A DNA stretch of 64,000 nt from assembly GCA_965218535.1 (NCBI GenBank), contig CBDCLF010000001.1, forward strand, positions 1,003,150 through 1,067,149. The letters run 5' to 3'. This DNA is from Friedmanniella sp. (GTDB lineage Bacteria; Actinomycetota; Actinomycetes; Propionibacteriales; Propionibacteriaceae). The notes below the pieces were generated by a model. That model worked only from the letters and a program-made list of their open reading frames with translations, was not told where the DNA came from and searched no databases. This document shows, piece after piece, positions 39,520-48,708 of the stretch (its first letter is position 1; each line of letters begins with the position of its first letter). The translations under genes were made by a program, and so were the position numbers.

Positions 39520-40287
39520 GTGGCCACAGCACTGATCACCGGCGGGACCTCCGGCATCGGAGCGGCGTTCGCTCGGGCCCTTGCCGCCCGGGGAGACGAC
39601 CTCGTCCTGGTCGCGCGGAACACCGAACGACTCGAGGCGGTGGCCGCCGAGCTGCGACGCGCGCACAACGTCACGGTGGAGACCCTGGCGGCCGACCTGG
39701 CCGACCACGCCGACACCGTGCGCGTCGCCGCCCGGGTGGGGCGACCGGACCAGCCGGTCGATCTGCTGGTCAACAACGCCGGCTTCGGGGTGCCGTACGC
39801 CCTCACCGCCGCCGATCCGCAGCCGCACGAACACGCGGTCGACGTGATGATCCGGGCCGTGCTGATCCTGGCCGGTGCGGCCGGCCGGGCGATGCGGGCC
39901 CGCGGCGGCGGCGCGATCGTGAACGTGTCCTCCACCGCCGGTTTCGTCACCATGGGCTCCTACTCCGCGATCAAGGCCTGGGTGACGACCTACAGTGAGG
40001 GGCTGGCCAACGAGCTGAGCGGGACCGGGGTAAGCGTGACCGCGCTGTGCCCGGGGTGGGTGCGGACCGAGTTCCATCAGCGCGCCTCGATCGGAACCGG
40101 TTCGATCCCGGCCGCGCTGTGGTTGGACGCCGACGAACTGGTGGCGCAGTGCCTGGACGACGTCGCCCGCGGCGTCGTGATCTCGATCCCGTCGCGGCGC
40201 TATCAGGTCCTGATCGGGTTGGCCCGGCTCGCCCCTCGTCGCGTCATCCGCGCCCTCTCCCGGCGGTTGTCGTCGTCGCGACACTGA
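39520..40287 (+). CDS. Short-chain dehydrogenase/reductase (likely NADPH-dependent)
   Basis: TGGTSGIG, VAR, NNAG, VSS, YSAIK, PGWVRT. Confidence 0.93.
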   Translation: MATALITGGTSGIGAAFARALAARGDDLVLVARNTERLEAVAAELRRAHNVTVETLAADLADHADTVRVAARVGRPDQPVDLLVNNAGFGVPYALTAADPQPHEHAVDVMIRAVLILAGAAGRAMRARGGGAIVNVSSTAGFVTMGSYSAIKAWVTTYSEGLANELSGTGVSVTALCPGWVRTEFHQRASIGTGSIPAALWLDADELVAQCLDDVARGVVISIPSRRYQVLIGLARLAPRRVIRALSRRLSSSRH

Positions 40288-40431
40288 GCCCCGGAGACTG
40301 GGTGCAGGACACGTCGACCCTCGGGCCCGAGTCGAACTTCTCAGCAGACCGAATCGTCCCCCGCTACGAACCTGGTTCATCGGGCCGGATGAACGAAGGC
40401 TGAACGACGAACGTCGGATAGGGTGAGAATC

Positions 40432-41139
40432 GTGTCGAGCCGCAGCCGCTACACCTCGCCGATCATGGCCGGCGCCCGGTTCGTCGCGCAGCGCGGCGTG
40501 CTGAAGCCGTTCATCTGGTCCAAGACCAGCGTGACCGTGCTCGGTCGGGAACGCCTCGAGCGCGTCCGCGGTCCGTTCGTGGTGGTGTCCAACCACAGCA
40601 GCCACCTCGACGCTCCGTTGATCATCGGCGCCCTGCCGCGTCGACTCGGCCGCTACGTCGCCGCCGGCGCGGCCGCGGACTACTTCTTCGACGTCTGGTG
40701 GCGCAAGGGTCTGACCGCCTTGTTCTTCAACGCCTTCCCCGTCGACCGGACCGGCCTGCGCGGCCGCCGCGGCCTGGCCACCAGTCTGCTGGACGACGGC
40801 ATCCCGCTGCTGCTGTTCCCCGAGGGCGGTCGGCAAAAGAGTGGCGAAATGGGGAACTTCAAGCCCGGCGCCGCCGCCTTGTGCATCAGCCGCGACGTCC
40901 CGTGCCTGCCGCTGGCCCTGGTCGGGGCGAACGAGGCGATGCCGTACGGCAAGAGCTGGCCCGACCGGGGCCGGCCGCCGGTCTACGTCAACTTCGGCGA
41001 GCCGATGCAAGCCGAGGACGGCGAGTCCGTGCCGGCCTTTTCCGAGCGGATCGCCAAAGAGGTCCGCGGCCTGATCGACGAGGCGTCGCAGTATCGCGCC
41101 GAACATCCCGAGCAGGCTCGGCGACGCTCGCCTCGGTGA
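40432..41139 (+). CDS. Glycerolipid acyltransferase (PlsC/GPAT superfamily)
   Basis: NHSSHLD, FPVDR, FPEG, FKPG; TAGGGT -10 7 nt before GTG 40432. Confidence 0.92.
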   Translation: MSSRSRYTSPIMAGARFVAQRGVLKPFIWSKTSVTVLGRERLERVRGPFVVVSNHSSHLDAPLIIGALPRRLGRYVAAGAAADYFFDVWWRKGLTALFFNAFPVDRTGLRGRRGLATSLLDDGIPLLLFPEGGRQKSGEMGNFKPGAAALCISRDVPCLPLALVGANEAMPYGKSWPDRGRPPVYVNFGEPMQAEDGESVPAFSERIAKEVRGLIDEASQYRAEHPEQARRRSPR

Positions 41140-41245
41140 AGCGCCCCGCTCGGCCGGCAGGTTCGACCAGCGGTCGCGCGTCGGAGCGGCTAAGGTCGGT
41201 CCTGGCGTGGCCGGATCAGCCCGCCTGGACACCGGCTAGAGGAAC

Positions 41246-42928
41246 GTGACGCAGATGCCTTCGGTCAAGCACATGAAGTGGTGGGGTTGGGGTGTCGAAG
41301 GCGTCGCCTTCCACTGGGAGAACAAGCCGGCCTTCCCAGCTTTTCTGAACCGGGCCGTGGGCGTCGACGTCACCACCCCGCCGGCCGCGCCGATGCGGAT
41401 CGAGGATCTCGGCGTACCCGCTCCGCGCATCGACGAGGAGCTGCGCGGTCGGCTGACCGACGCGGTCGGCGGCGCCAACGTGGCCTACGACGACCTCGAC
41501 CGGGTCGTGCACACCTACGGCAAGAGCCTGCGCGATCTGCTCCGCCTCCGGGCCGGCGACCTGCCGCGGGTGCCCGACGTAGTGGTCTACCCCGGCACCG
41601 AGGCGCAGGTGCAGACCCTGGTGGAGCTGGCCGTGGCGACGGACCTGGTCCTGATCCCGTTCGGCGGCGGCAGCAACATCGCCGGCAGCCTGCATCCGCA
41701 GCCCGACGAGGACCGGACGGTGGTCTCACTCGATCTGGGCCGGATGAGTTCGGTCCTCGACATCGACGAGGACTCCGGGCTGGCCCGGATCCAGGCCGGG
41801 GGGCTGGGGCCCGACATCGAGGAGCAGTTGGGCCGGCGCGGCTGGACCCTGGGACACTTCCCCGACAGCTTCACCCACAGCACCCTCGGCGGCTGGGTGG
41901 CCACCCGCTCGTCGGGGATGCAGTCGGACAAGTACGGCGACATCGCCAAGATCTCCCGCGGGATGCGGGTGGTCCAGCCCGGCGGCACCCTGGTCGTGCG
42001 GGCCCTGCCCAGCACCTCCACCGGTCCCAGCGTGCGCGAAATGGTGCTGGGGTCCGAAGGCCGGCTGGGGGTGATCACCGAGGTCACCGTGCAGGTCCAC
42101 CGGATCCCGGAGAACCGGACCATCCTGGGCTACCTGTTCCCGTCCTGGGAGGCCGGTCTGGCCGCGATGGCCGACATCGCCGGCAGCGACGCCAGCCCCT
42201 CGGTTACCCGGGTCTCCGACGCCAACGAGACGACCTTCTCCTTCGCCACCCGCAAAAAGTCGAGCGGACTGTCGGTGTCCACGGCAGTCGGCAACGGCTT
42301 GTTCAAGCTGCTGGAACGCCGCGGCTGGGACCTCGACCAGGCCTGTCTGTCGTTCGTCGGCTACGAGGGCGGCCGGCGCCACATCGCCCACGAGAAGGCG
42401 ATCGTCAAGTCGATCGTCTCCGCCCACGGCGGGATCGGGCTGGGCAAGGGGCCCGGCGTGCTGTACGACCAGAAGAAGTTCGACACCCCCTACATCCGGG
42501 ACTTCCTGCTCGACCGGGGGGCCGCGGCCGACGTGTCGGAGACCGCGGCGCCGTGGTCGAAGCTGCTGCCGCTCTACACCGCGGTGACCGAGAACGTCCG
42601 CAAGGCCTACGCCGACCTCGGCGTCACCGGTTACGTGATGTGCCACCTGTCCCACTCCGAGCATTCTGGGGCGTGCCTGTACTTCACCTTCGCCTTCGGC
42701 CACGACGGGGTCGACCCGATCGGGCAGTACGACCGGGTCAAGGCCGCGCTGCAGCAGACTTTCATCGAAGCCGGCGGCACGTTGTCCCACCACCATGCCG
42801 TCGGGACCGAGCACTCCCGGTGGCTGACCGAGGACATCTCCGCCCCCGGCGTGGCGATGGTGCAGGGCGTCTTCGACGCCGTCGACCCGCACCGCAACCT
42901 CAACCCGGGCACCGTCACCGACCGCTGA
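41246..42928 (+). CDS. agpS: Alkyl-dihydroxyacetone-phosphate synthase-like FAD oxidoreductase
   Basis: MKWWGWG, PFGGGSNI, GHFPDSF.HSTLGGW.ATRSSG..S.KYG, GSEGRLGVITE, ETA, CHLSH..GACLYF, SHHHAVG, LNPG. Confidence 0.85.
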   Translation: MTQMPSVKHMKWWGWGVEGVAFHWENKPAFPAFLNRAVGVDVTTPPAAPMRIEDLGVPAPRIDEELRGRLTDAVGGANVAYDDLDRVVHTYGKSLRDLLRLRAGDLPRVPDVVVYPGTEAQVQTLVELAVATDLVLIPFGGGSNIAGSLHPQPDEDRTVVSLDLGRMSSVLDIDEDSGLARIQAGGLGPDIEEQLGRRGWTLGHFPDSFTHSTLGGWVATRSSGMQSDKYGDIAKISRGMRVVQPGGTLVVRALPSTSTGPSVREMVLGSEGRLGVITEVTVQVHRIPENRTILGYLFPSWEAGLAAMADIAGSDASPSVTRVSDANETTFSFATRKKSSGLSVSTAVGNGLFKLLERRGWDLDQACLSFVGYEGGRRHIAHEKAIVKSIVSAHGGIGLGKGPGVLYDQKKFDTPYIRDFLLDRGAAADVSETAAPWSKLLPLYTAVTENVRKAYADLGVTGYVMCHLSHSEHSGACLYFTFAFGHDGVDPIGQYDRVKAALQQTFIEAGGTLSHHHAVGTEHSRWLTEDISAPGVAMVQGVFDAVDPHRNLNPGTVTDR

Positions 42929-43036
42929 ACTCGGTAGAGCCGCCCGCGGCGACCAGACGGGAACGACACGCCGCAAGTCGTGGTCGGGAAAGCCGGCGGA
43001 AGCGGCGGAACCAGACGGAGTCGGCTAGGTTGAAGT

Positions 43037-43152
43037 AGGGAGTCATCTCCTCAGAACGCCCGGGATAGGTACGCTGCGTCCGGCCTGCTTCGTGTTCCCC
43101 GCGCGGGTAGGCCCATCCCCTGCGCAGAAACCTATCCCGGGTCTTCCCCCCT
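43037..43152 (+). ncRNA. Candidate rod-shaped small RNA
   Basis: TAGGTT -10 at 43026; 12-bp closing stem 43059-43070/43130-43141 with nested helices containing G-U pairs. Confidence 0.4.
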
Positions 43153-43198
43153 CTGGTTTGGGCCAGGCCGGGAACCGGCAACCACTACCCTCGTTCCC

Positions 43199-44323
43199 GT
43201 GGCATTCGCGGTCCGCACCATCACCTCCGATCAGCATCGGCGCTTCAACGCCGCCCAGCCCTCGGTCTCGTTCTTGCAGACCCCGGCCTGGGGGGCGGTC
43301 AAGAGTGAGTGGCGCTCGGAGTCGATCGGCTGGTTCGACCCGGCCGACCCCGACGGGGAACCGGTCGGAGCCGCGCTGGTGCTGTACCGGCAGCTGCCGC
43401 GGGTGAAGAAGTTCCTGGCCTACCTTCCCGAGGGCCCGGTGATCGATTGGGACGACGGCGAGATTCGCGCGTGGCTGGAACCGCTGGCCGATCATGTCCG
43501 CCGGGCCGGTGCGTTCGGGGTCCGGATCGGCCCGCCGGTTGTGGTCCGGCGGTGGGGAGCGGCGACGGTCAAGGCGGCGATCGCCGACGAGCGGGTGCCA
43601 CGCCTGAGTGAGGCGGTGCCCGACGAGGTCCGCCACGTCGCCACCCGAATCCGGCAGGACCTGCGCGAACTCGGCTGGCGGCCGCCGCCGACCGACGAGG
43701 GATTCGCCGCCGGACAACCGCGGTTCGTGTTCCAACTGCCCGTCGCCGGGCACACCCCGGAGTCGCTGCTCAAAGGCATGAACCAGTTGTGGCGGCGTAA
43801 CATCAAAAAGGCCGAGCGCGCCGGCGTCCAGGTCACCCACGGCGACCGGGCCGACCTGGCCGCGTTCCACCCGCTCTACGTCGAGACCGCGGCCCGAGAC
43901 CACTTCACGCCCCGGCCGCTGGCCTACTTCGAGACGATGTGGGACGCGCTGCGGGCAGAGGACCCCGACCGGATCCGGCTCTACCTGGCCCACCACGACG
44001 GTGACCTCGTCGCCGCCACCACCTGGGTCCGGGTCGGCACCCACGCCTGGTACTCCTACGGCGCCAGCTCCACCGCCAAGCGGGAGGTGCGGGGCAGCAA
44101 CGCCGTGCAGTGGCAGATGATCACCGACGCGCTGGCGGCGGGCGCGAGCGTGTACGACCTGCGCGGCATCACCGAGGGGCTGGAGGCCGACGACCCGCAC
44201 CTGGGCCTGATCCAGTTCAAGGTCGGCACCGGCGGCCAGGCCGTCGAGCTGCTCGGCGAGTGGGACCTCCCGCTCAATCCGCTGCTGTACCGCGCCTTCG
44301 AGCTCTACCTGAGACGCCGCTGA
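43199..44323 (+). CDS. femX: FemAB/FemX family peptidoglycan bridge aminoacyl(glycyl)transferase
   Basis: SFLQTPAW..VK, LAYLPEGP, QPR, WRRNIKKA, WYSYGAS, YDLRGI, GLIQFK.G. Confidence 0.92.
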   Translation: MAFAVRTITSDQHRRFNAAQPSVSFLQTPAWGAVKSEWRSESIGWFDPADPDGEPVGAALVLYRQLPRVKKFLAYLPEGPVIDWDDGEIRAWLEPLADHVRRAGAFGVRIGPPVVVRRWGAATVKAAIADERVPRLSEAVPDEVRHVATRIRQDLRELGWRPPPTDEGFAAGQPRFVFQLPVAGHTPESLLKGMNQLWRRNIKKAERAGVQVTHGDRADLAAFHPLYVETAARDHFTPRPLAYFETMWDALRAEDPDRIRLYLAHHDGDLVAATTWVRVGTHAWYSYGASSTAKREVRGSNAVQWQMITDALAAGASVYDLRGITEGLEADDPHLGLIQFKVGTGGQAVELLGEWDLPLNPLLYRAFELYLRRR

Positions 44324-45375
44324 TGGGCGGGGTGACGTTGCGGCTGGACCGTACCCGCTGGCGCGAACACCTCCAGGCCGTGGCGGCCGACACCCCGGGG
44401 CTAGTGCCGGTGATCAAGGGCAACGGGTACGGCTTCGGGTTGGGTCTGCTGGCCGGGGAGGCGGCGCAGCTGGGCGTCGACACGGTGGCGGTGGGAATGG
44501 CCGCGGAGGTGGCCCCGGTCCGGGAGTGCTTCGACGGCGACATTGTCGTGCTGTACCCCTTCGACCGTGACTCCCTGGCCGGTGACGCCGACGAGCGGGT
44601 GCTGCTGACGGTGTCCCGGCTCGACCAGCTCCGCGAGCTGGCCGACGGGCCGGGCAAGCCGCGGGTGCTGGTCGAGGTCGCAACCTCGGTCCGGCGGCAC
44701 GGGCTCGCCCCCGAGGAGCTGACCTGCGCCGGCGCCCTGCTGCCCGGCGTCGGCTTCGAGGGCTGGACGATCCACCCTTCGCTGCGGCCCGAGGGCCGCT
44801 ACGCCGAGGCGCTTCGGCTCGGCCGGGCCGCGCGCGACGTGGCCGCGGCGCCGCTGTGGCTGTCGCACCTGCCGGTCGAGCAGATCCGGCCCCTGGCCGC
44901 GGAGCTCGGCGGCGCGGCCGGTTCGGCCGGTGCGGTCGAGGTTCGGACCCGGGTCGGCACCCGACTGTGGCTGGGCGACCCGGGTAGCCGTCGCACCACC
45001 GCCACCGTGCTGGACGTGCACCCGGTCCGCCGCGGCGACCGGGCCGGCTACCGTGGTCGCGTCTGCCCCACCGACGGCTACGTACTGGCCATCGCCGGCG
45101 GGACCTCGCACGGCGTCGGCCTGGAGGCGCCGACCTCGGCGGCTTCCCTGCGGCAGCGGGCCGTCGCGTTGGCGACCGGATCGCTGGCCGCGAGCGGTTG
45201 GGCGCTGAGTCCGTTCACCGTGGCGGGAAAGAAGCGCTGGTTCCTGGAGCCGCCGCACATGCACTCCAGCCTGGTCTTCCTGCCCGGCCGGGCCCGGCCA
45301 CCTCAGGTCGGGCAGGAGGTGCCGGTCGAGCTCCGGCTCACCATCGCCACCGTGGACCGGGTCGTCATCGACTGA
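44323..45375 (+). CDS. Alanine-racemase-fold PLP protein
   Basis: VPVIKGNGYGFG PLP lysine motif, RHG, SHL, R.GT.LW, EPPHM; TGATG coupling with femX. Confidence 0.85.
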   Translation: MGGVTLRLDRTRWREHLQAVAADTPGLVPVIKGNGYGFGLGLLAGEAAQLGVDTVAVGMAAEVAPVRECFDGDIVVLYPFDRDSLAGDADERVLLTVSRLDQLRELADGPGKPRVLVEVATSVRRHGLAPEELTCAGALLPGVGFEGWTIHPSLRPEGRYAEALRLGRAARDVAAAPLWLSHLPVEQIRPLAAELGGAAGSAGAVEVRTRVGTRLWLGDPGSRRTTATVLDVHPVRRGDRAGYRGRVCPTDGYVLAIAGGTSHGVGLEAPTSAASLRQRAVALATGSLAASGWALSPFTVAGKKRWFLEPPHMHSSLVFLPGRARPPQVGQEVPVELRLTIATVDRVVID

Positions 45376-45412
45376 GTCAGCCGGGCTTGACCCAATACCT
45401 TGACGAGCACAA

Positions 45413-46051
45413 ATGCCTCGACCAAAGCCGCCGGGGGCTGCGATCATCTACGGCGTGTCTGCCTCCCATGACATGGCTGCCTCGCTGAGCTGGCCGTTGC
45501 GGACCGAGCGGTTGGAGCTGCGGCCGTTCCGCGCCGACGACGTCGACGGACTGCTGGCCATCCACGGCGACCCGGAGGCCGTCCGCTTCGTCCCGTTCGC
45601 CCCGCGGGATCGCGCCGGAACCGTCGAGGTGCTGCAGCGCAAAGCGCCGCACGTCGCGCTCCAAGCCGAGGGCGACCTGCTGGAGTTGGCCGTCACCCTG
45701 CCGGGCGGCGGCGCCCTGGTTGGCGACGTGCTGTTGGCGATGCGTTCGGTGGAGCACCAGACGCTGGAGGTGGGCTACATCTTCGCCGCGGCGTACGGCG
45801 GCCGGGGGTATGCGACCGAAGCGGTCCGGGTGCTGCTCGACCTGGCCTTCGGGCCGCTGCAGGCCCGGCGGGTGATCGCCCGGGTCGACGCCCGGAACCA
45901 GGCCTCCCGGCGACTACTGACCCGGCTGGGGTTGCGTCAGGAGGCGGAACTGGTGGAGAACGAGTGGTTCAAAGGCGAGTACAGCACCGAGATCGACTAC
46001 GCCGTACTCCGCCGGGAGTGGCTCCACCCCCGGCCCCGCCGTCCGGGGTGA
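45413..46051 (+). CDS. RimJ/RimL-type GNAT acetyltransferase (start uncertain)
   Basis: LRTERLELRPF, EVGY, GRGYATEA, NQASRRLL.RLG. Confidence 0.9.
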   Translation: MPRPKPPGAAIIYGVSASHDMAASLSWPLRTERLELRPFRADDVDGLLAIHGDPEAVRFVPFAPRDRAGTVEVLQRKAPHVALQAEGDLLELAVTLPGGGALVGDVLLAMRSVEHQTLEVGYIFAAAYGGRGYATEAVRVLLDLAFGPLQARRVIARVDARNQASRRLLTRLGLRQEAELVENEWFKGEYSTEIDYAVLRREWLHPRPRRPG

Positions 46052-46273
46052 GGGTACAAGGCGTGGATTCGTGATCTGAATCCTGGTCACGACTGACCCG
46101 CCGTGCGCCGGCCTCCGGTGATTGCTACCTAGGACGCGACCCTGTTCTTCCCGCCACTGCAGGATCCCTCGGCGTCCAAGAAGACCTCCGTACCTGCGGC
46201 TTGGGTTCCCTCGTCCGGCCCATCTGTCGCCCGATCGCACGCCCGTCGTAAATCTCCACTTCCTCTTGCACTC

Positions 46274-46326
46274 TTGCGCCGGATGACGAAGAGGTATAGC
46301 GTCTTCGAAATATGTAAGCGCTTACA
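46274..46326 (+). promoter_or_regulatory. Sigma70-type promoter with LacI-family operator
   Basis: TTGCGC-17 nt-TAGCGT; perfect palindrome TGTAAGCGCTTACA at 46313-46326. Confidence 0.85.
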
Positions 46327-46341
46327 GCGTGGAGGGACCTC

Positions 46342-47418
46342 ATGCCTGAACGTTCGCCGCGAAGCAACGGCGCCACGATCTACTCGGTTGCCGAAGCGGC
46401 CGGCGTCTCGATCGCCACGGTGTCGCGGGTTCTGCAGGGTGGGGCGAAGGTGTCTGAGGGCACGCGCAGCAAGGTCCTCAAGGCGGCTGGCGAGATGTCC
46501 TACGTCCCCCTCGGCGCCGCTCGCAGTCTGGCTGTGCAACGGCACGAGGCGCACGGGCTGGTGCTCCCCGACCTCACCGGCCCGTATTACGGCGAGTTCA
46601 TCATGGGTTACGAGTCGCGGGCCGCCGCCCTGGGGCAGAGCGTCGTCATCATGATTGCCGACCACCGCGACGAACCGTCATCGGCCGTGCGTGCCCTGGC
46701 GGCTCGTGTCGACGGCCTGGTGTTCTTGTCGACGTCTGCCGTCTCCGACACCACGGTGCAACAGTTGGGCGCGTCCCGTCCGGTGGTGCTGGTGGCCCGA
46801 GACCCGCTGGCCGGGGTTGACTGCGTGAGCGCGGAGAATATGCTCAACGCCACCGCACTCACCCATCACCTGCTCCACACCCACGGCCGCCGTTCGCTGT
46901 TGTTCGTCGGGAATCCCGATCAGTCGCCGGACGCCCGTGAGAGATATGCGGGCTTCGTCGCGGCTCACCACCGCAATGGTGCCACGGCACCCGAGCCGGG
47001 ACGGGTGCAGCTCACCGAAGCGGCCGGGACTGAGTTCGCTGCCGAACTGCTGGCCGGCGAGCACCGGCCAGACGGCCTCGTCTGCGCCAACGACGAGCTT
47101 GCCTTGGCGCTGATGGACTCTTTGCAGTCGGGTGGCTGGTGCGTGCCGGAGGACATCGCCATCGTGGGCTGGGACGACGTGATGACGGCTCGCTATGTGC
47201 GTCCGGGACTCACCACGGTCCGCCAGCCGGTGCGCGAGCTGGGTGTCGTCGCCGCCGAGACCCTGCATGCCCGGCTCAGCACCGGCACCGGCGTCTCCCC
47301 ACCGCGCCGCCTCAGCACTGACATCGTGCTCCGCGCTTCGTGCGGATGTGGGCTTGATCAACGCACTGAGAGCTTGACAACGCGCTCCGACCACGCGCCC
47401 GCCCCGGCGAGCGCCTAG
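46342..47418 (+). CDS. LacI family transcriptional regulator
   Basis: TIYSVAEAAGVSIATVSRVL, ANDELA, VGWDD, LTTVRQP, RASCGC. Confidence 0.95.
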   Translation: MPERSPRSNGATIYSVAEAAGVSIATVSRVLQGGAKVSEGTRSKVLKAAGEMSYVPLGAARSLAVQRHEAHGLVLPDLTGPYYGEFIMGYESRAAALGQSVVIMIADHRDEPSSAVRALAARVDGLVFLSTSAVSDTTVQQLGASRPVVLVARDPLAGVDCVSAENMLNATALTHHLLHTHGRRSLLFVGNPDQSPDARERYAGFVAAHHRNGATAPEPGRVQLTEAAGTEFAAELLAGEHRPDGLVCANDELALALMDSLQSGGWCVPEDIAIVGWDDVMTARYVRPGLTTVRQPVRELGVVAAETLHARLSTGTGVSPPRRLSTDIVLRASCGCGLDQRTESLTTRSDHAPAPASA

Positions 47419-47432
47419 CGAAAGAAGGAAGC

Positions 47433-48707
47433 ATGAAAGCACCGAGAGTACGTGCGGTAGTAGCGCTCCTCGCCGTGGGCGCGCTGACCCTGAGTTCTTG
47501 TGGCCGCCCCGAGCCCAACTCGGCGCCGCAACAGAGCGCCGCCCCCATCTCCACCGCCAAGGCGACCGGCAGCCTGACGATCTGGGCAATGGGCGCCGAG
47601 GGTGAGAAGCTGAGCAAACTGGCCAACGAGTTCGAAGCCCAGAATCCCGGTACCACGATCAAGGTGACGCCCATTCCCTGGGCCTCCGCGCACGACAAGT
47701 TCACCACCGCCATCACCAGCCAGACCGCGCCGGACGCCGCCATGGTGGGTACCACCTGGATGGGTGAGTTGGTTGGGCTGAACGCGCTCGAGCCCACCCC
47801 GACCTCCATCGACTCGTCCACGTTCTTCGAAGGCGCCCAGAAGACGACCGAGGTGAATGGCACCTCCTACGGAATCCCCTGGTACGTCGAGACCCGACTC
47901 GTCTATTACCGCACGGACCTGGCCAAGAAGGCGGGGGTTACTCAACCGCCCAAGGACTGGGCGGGCCTCAAGGCCATGGCGAAGGCGATGCAGGACAAGG
48001 CCGGGGCAAAGTGGGGTATCGCGTTGCAACCCGGCAGCACCGGGTCCTGGCAGACCGTGATGCCGTTTGCCTGGTCCAACGGCGCAGAGCTGATGTCGAA
48101 CAATGACACCTTCAGCTTCGACACCCCCGAGATGACCGAGGCAGTGAAGTACTACCAGAGTTACTTCGCCGATGGAATTGCCGACAAGGCACCGTCGGAA
48201 GGCCAGACAGAGGCGGACTTCGTCAGCGGCAAAACCCCGATGTTCATCTCCGGGCCGTGGATGATGAGTGCGGTCGAGGAGGTGGGAGGCAAAGGTTTCA
48301 AAGACAAGTACGCGGTGATGCGGATTCCGGCGAAGAAGTCCTCGACGTCGTTCGTCGGCGGCTCAGACTTCGTCGTCTTCAAGGACACGAAGAATCGCGA
48401 CACCGCCTGGAAGTTCGTCCAGTTCCTCGCCGAGCCGAAGACCCAAATCAGCTGGTACCAGATGTCCAGCGACCTGCCTTCGGTGACCTCGGCCTGGGAC
48501 GACCAGGCTCTGGCCGGCGACACGAAGCTGTCGGTCTTCGGGGAGCAGCTGACCAGTGCCCAGGCTCCGCCGTCGATCAGCACCTGGGAGCAGGTCGCGA
48601 GCAAGTTCGACTCCGAGATCGAGAAGGTCGTCAAGACCGGTCTGAGCCCCAGCCAGGCCATGAAGACGGTCCAGTCGCAGGCGCAGTCCATCGGGACGGG
48701 AGGTTGA
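47433..48707 (+). CDS. Carbohydrate ABC transporter substrate-binding lipoprotein
   Basis: Lipobox LSSC; WAMGAEG, IPWYVETR, ISGPW, FVGGS. Confidence 0.94.
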   Translation: MKAPRVRAVVALLAVGALTLSSCGRPEPNSAPQQSAAPISTAKATGSLTIWAMGAEGEKLSKLANEFEAQNPGTTIKVTPIPWASAHDKFTTAITSQTAPDAAMVGTTWMGELVGLNALEPTPTSIDSSTFFEGAQKTTEVNGTSYGIPWYVETRLVYYRTDLAKKAGVTQPPKDWAGLKAMAKAMQDKAGAKWGIALQPGSTGSWQTVMPFAWSNGAELMSNNDTFSFDTPEMTEAVKYYQSYFADGIADKAPSEGQTEADFVSGKTPMFISGPWMMSAVEEVGGKGFKDKYAVMRIPAKKSSTSFVGGSDFVVFKDTKNRDTAWKFVQFLAEPKTQISWYQMSSDLPSVTSAWDDQALAGDTKLSVFGEQLTSAQAPPSISTWEQVASKFDSEIEKVVKTGLSPSQAMKTVQSQAQSIGTGG

Positions 48708-48708
48708 C

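Noticed and set aside
39331-41232. 633-aa minus-strand ORF (and the many similar overlapping ORFs in the track)
   Set aside because: Shadow frames of well-supported genes, Arg/Gly/Pro-rich with no domain signature
42915-43046. 43-aa minus-strand ORF MTPYFNLADSVWFRRF
   Set aside because: GAGGAG abuts the ATG with no spacing, and the folding asymmetry favours a + strand RNA; not fully excluded
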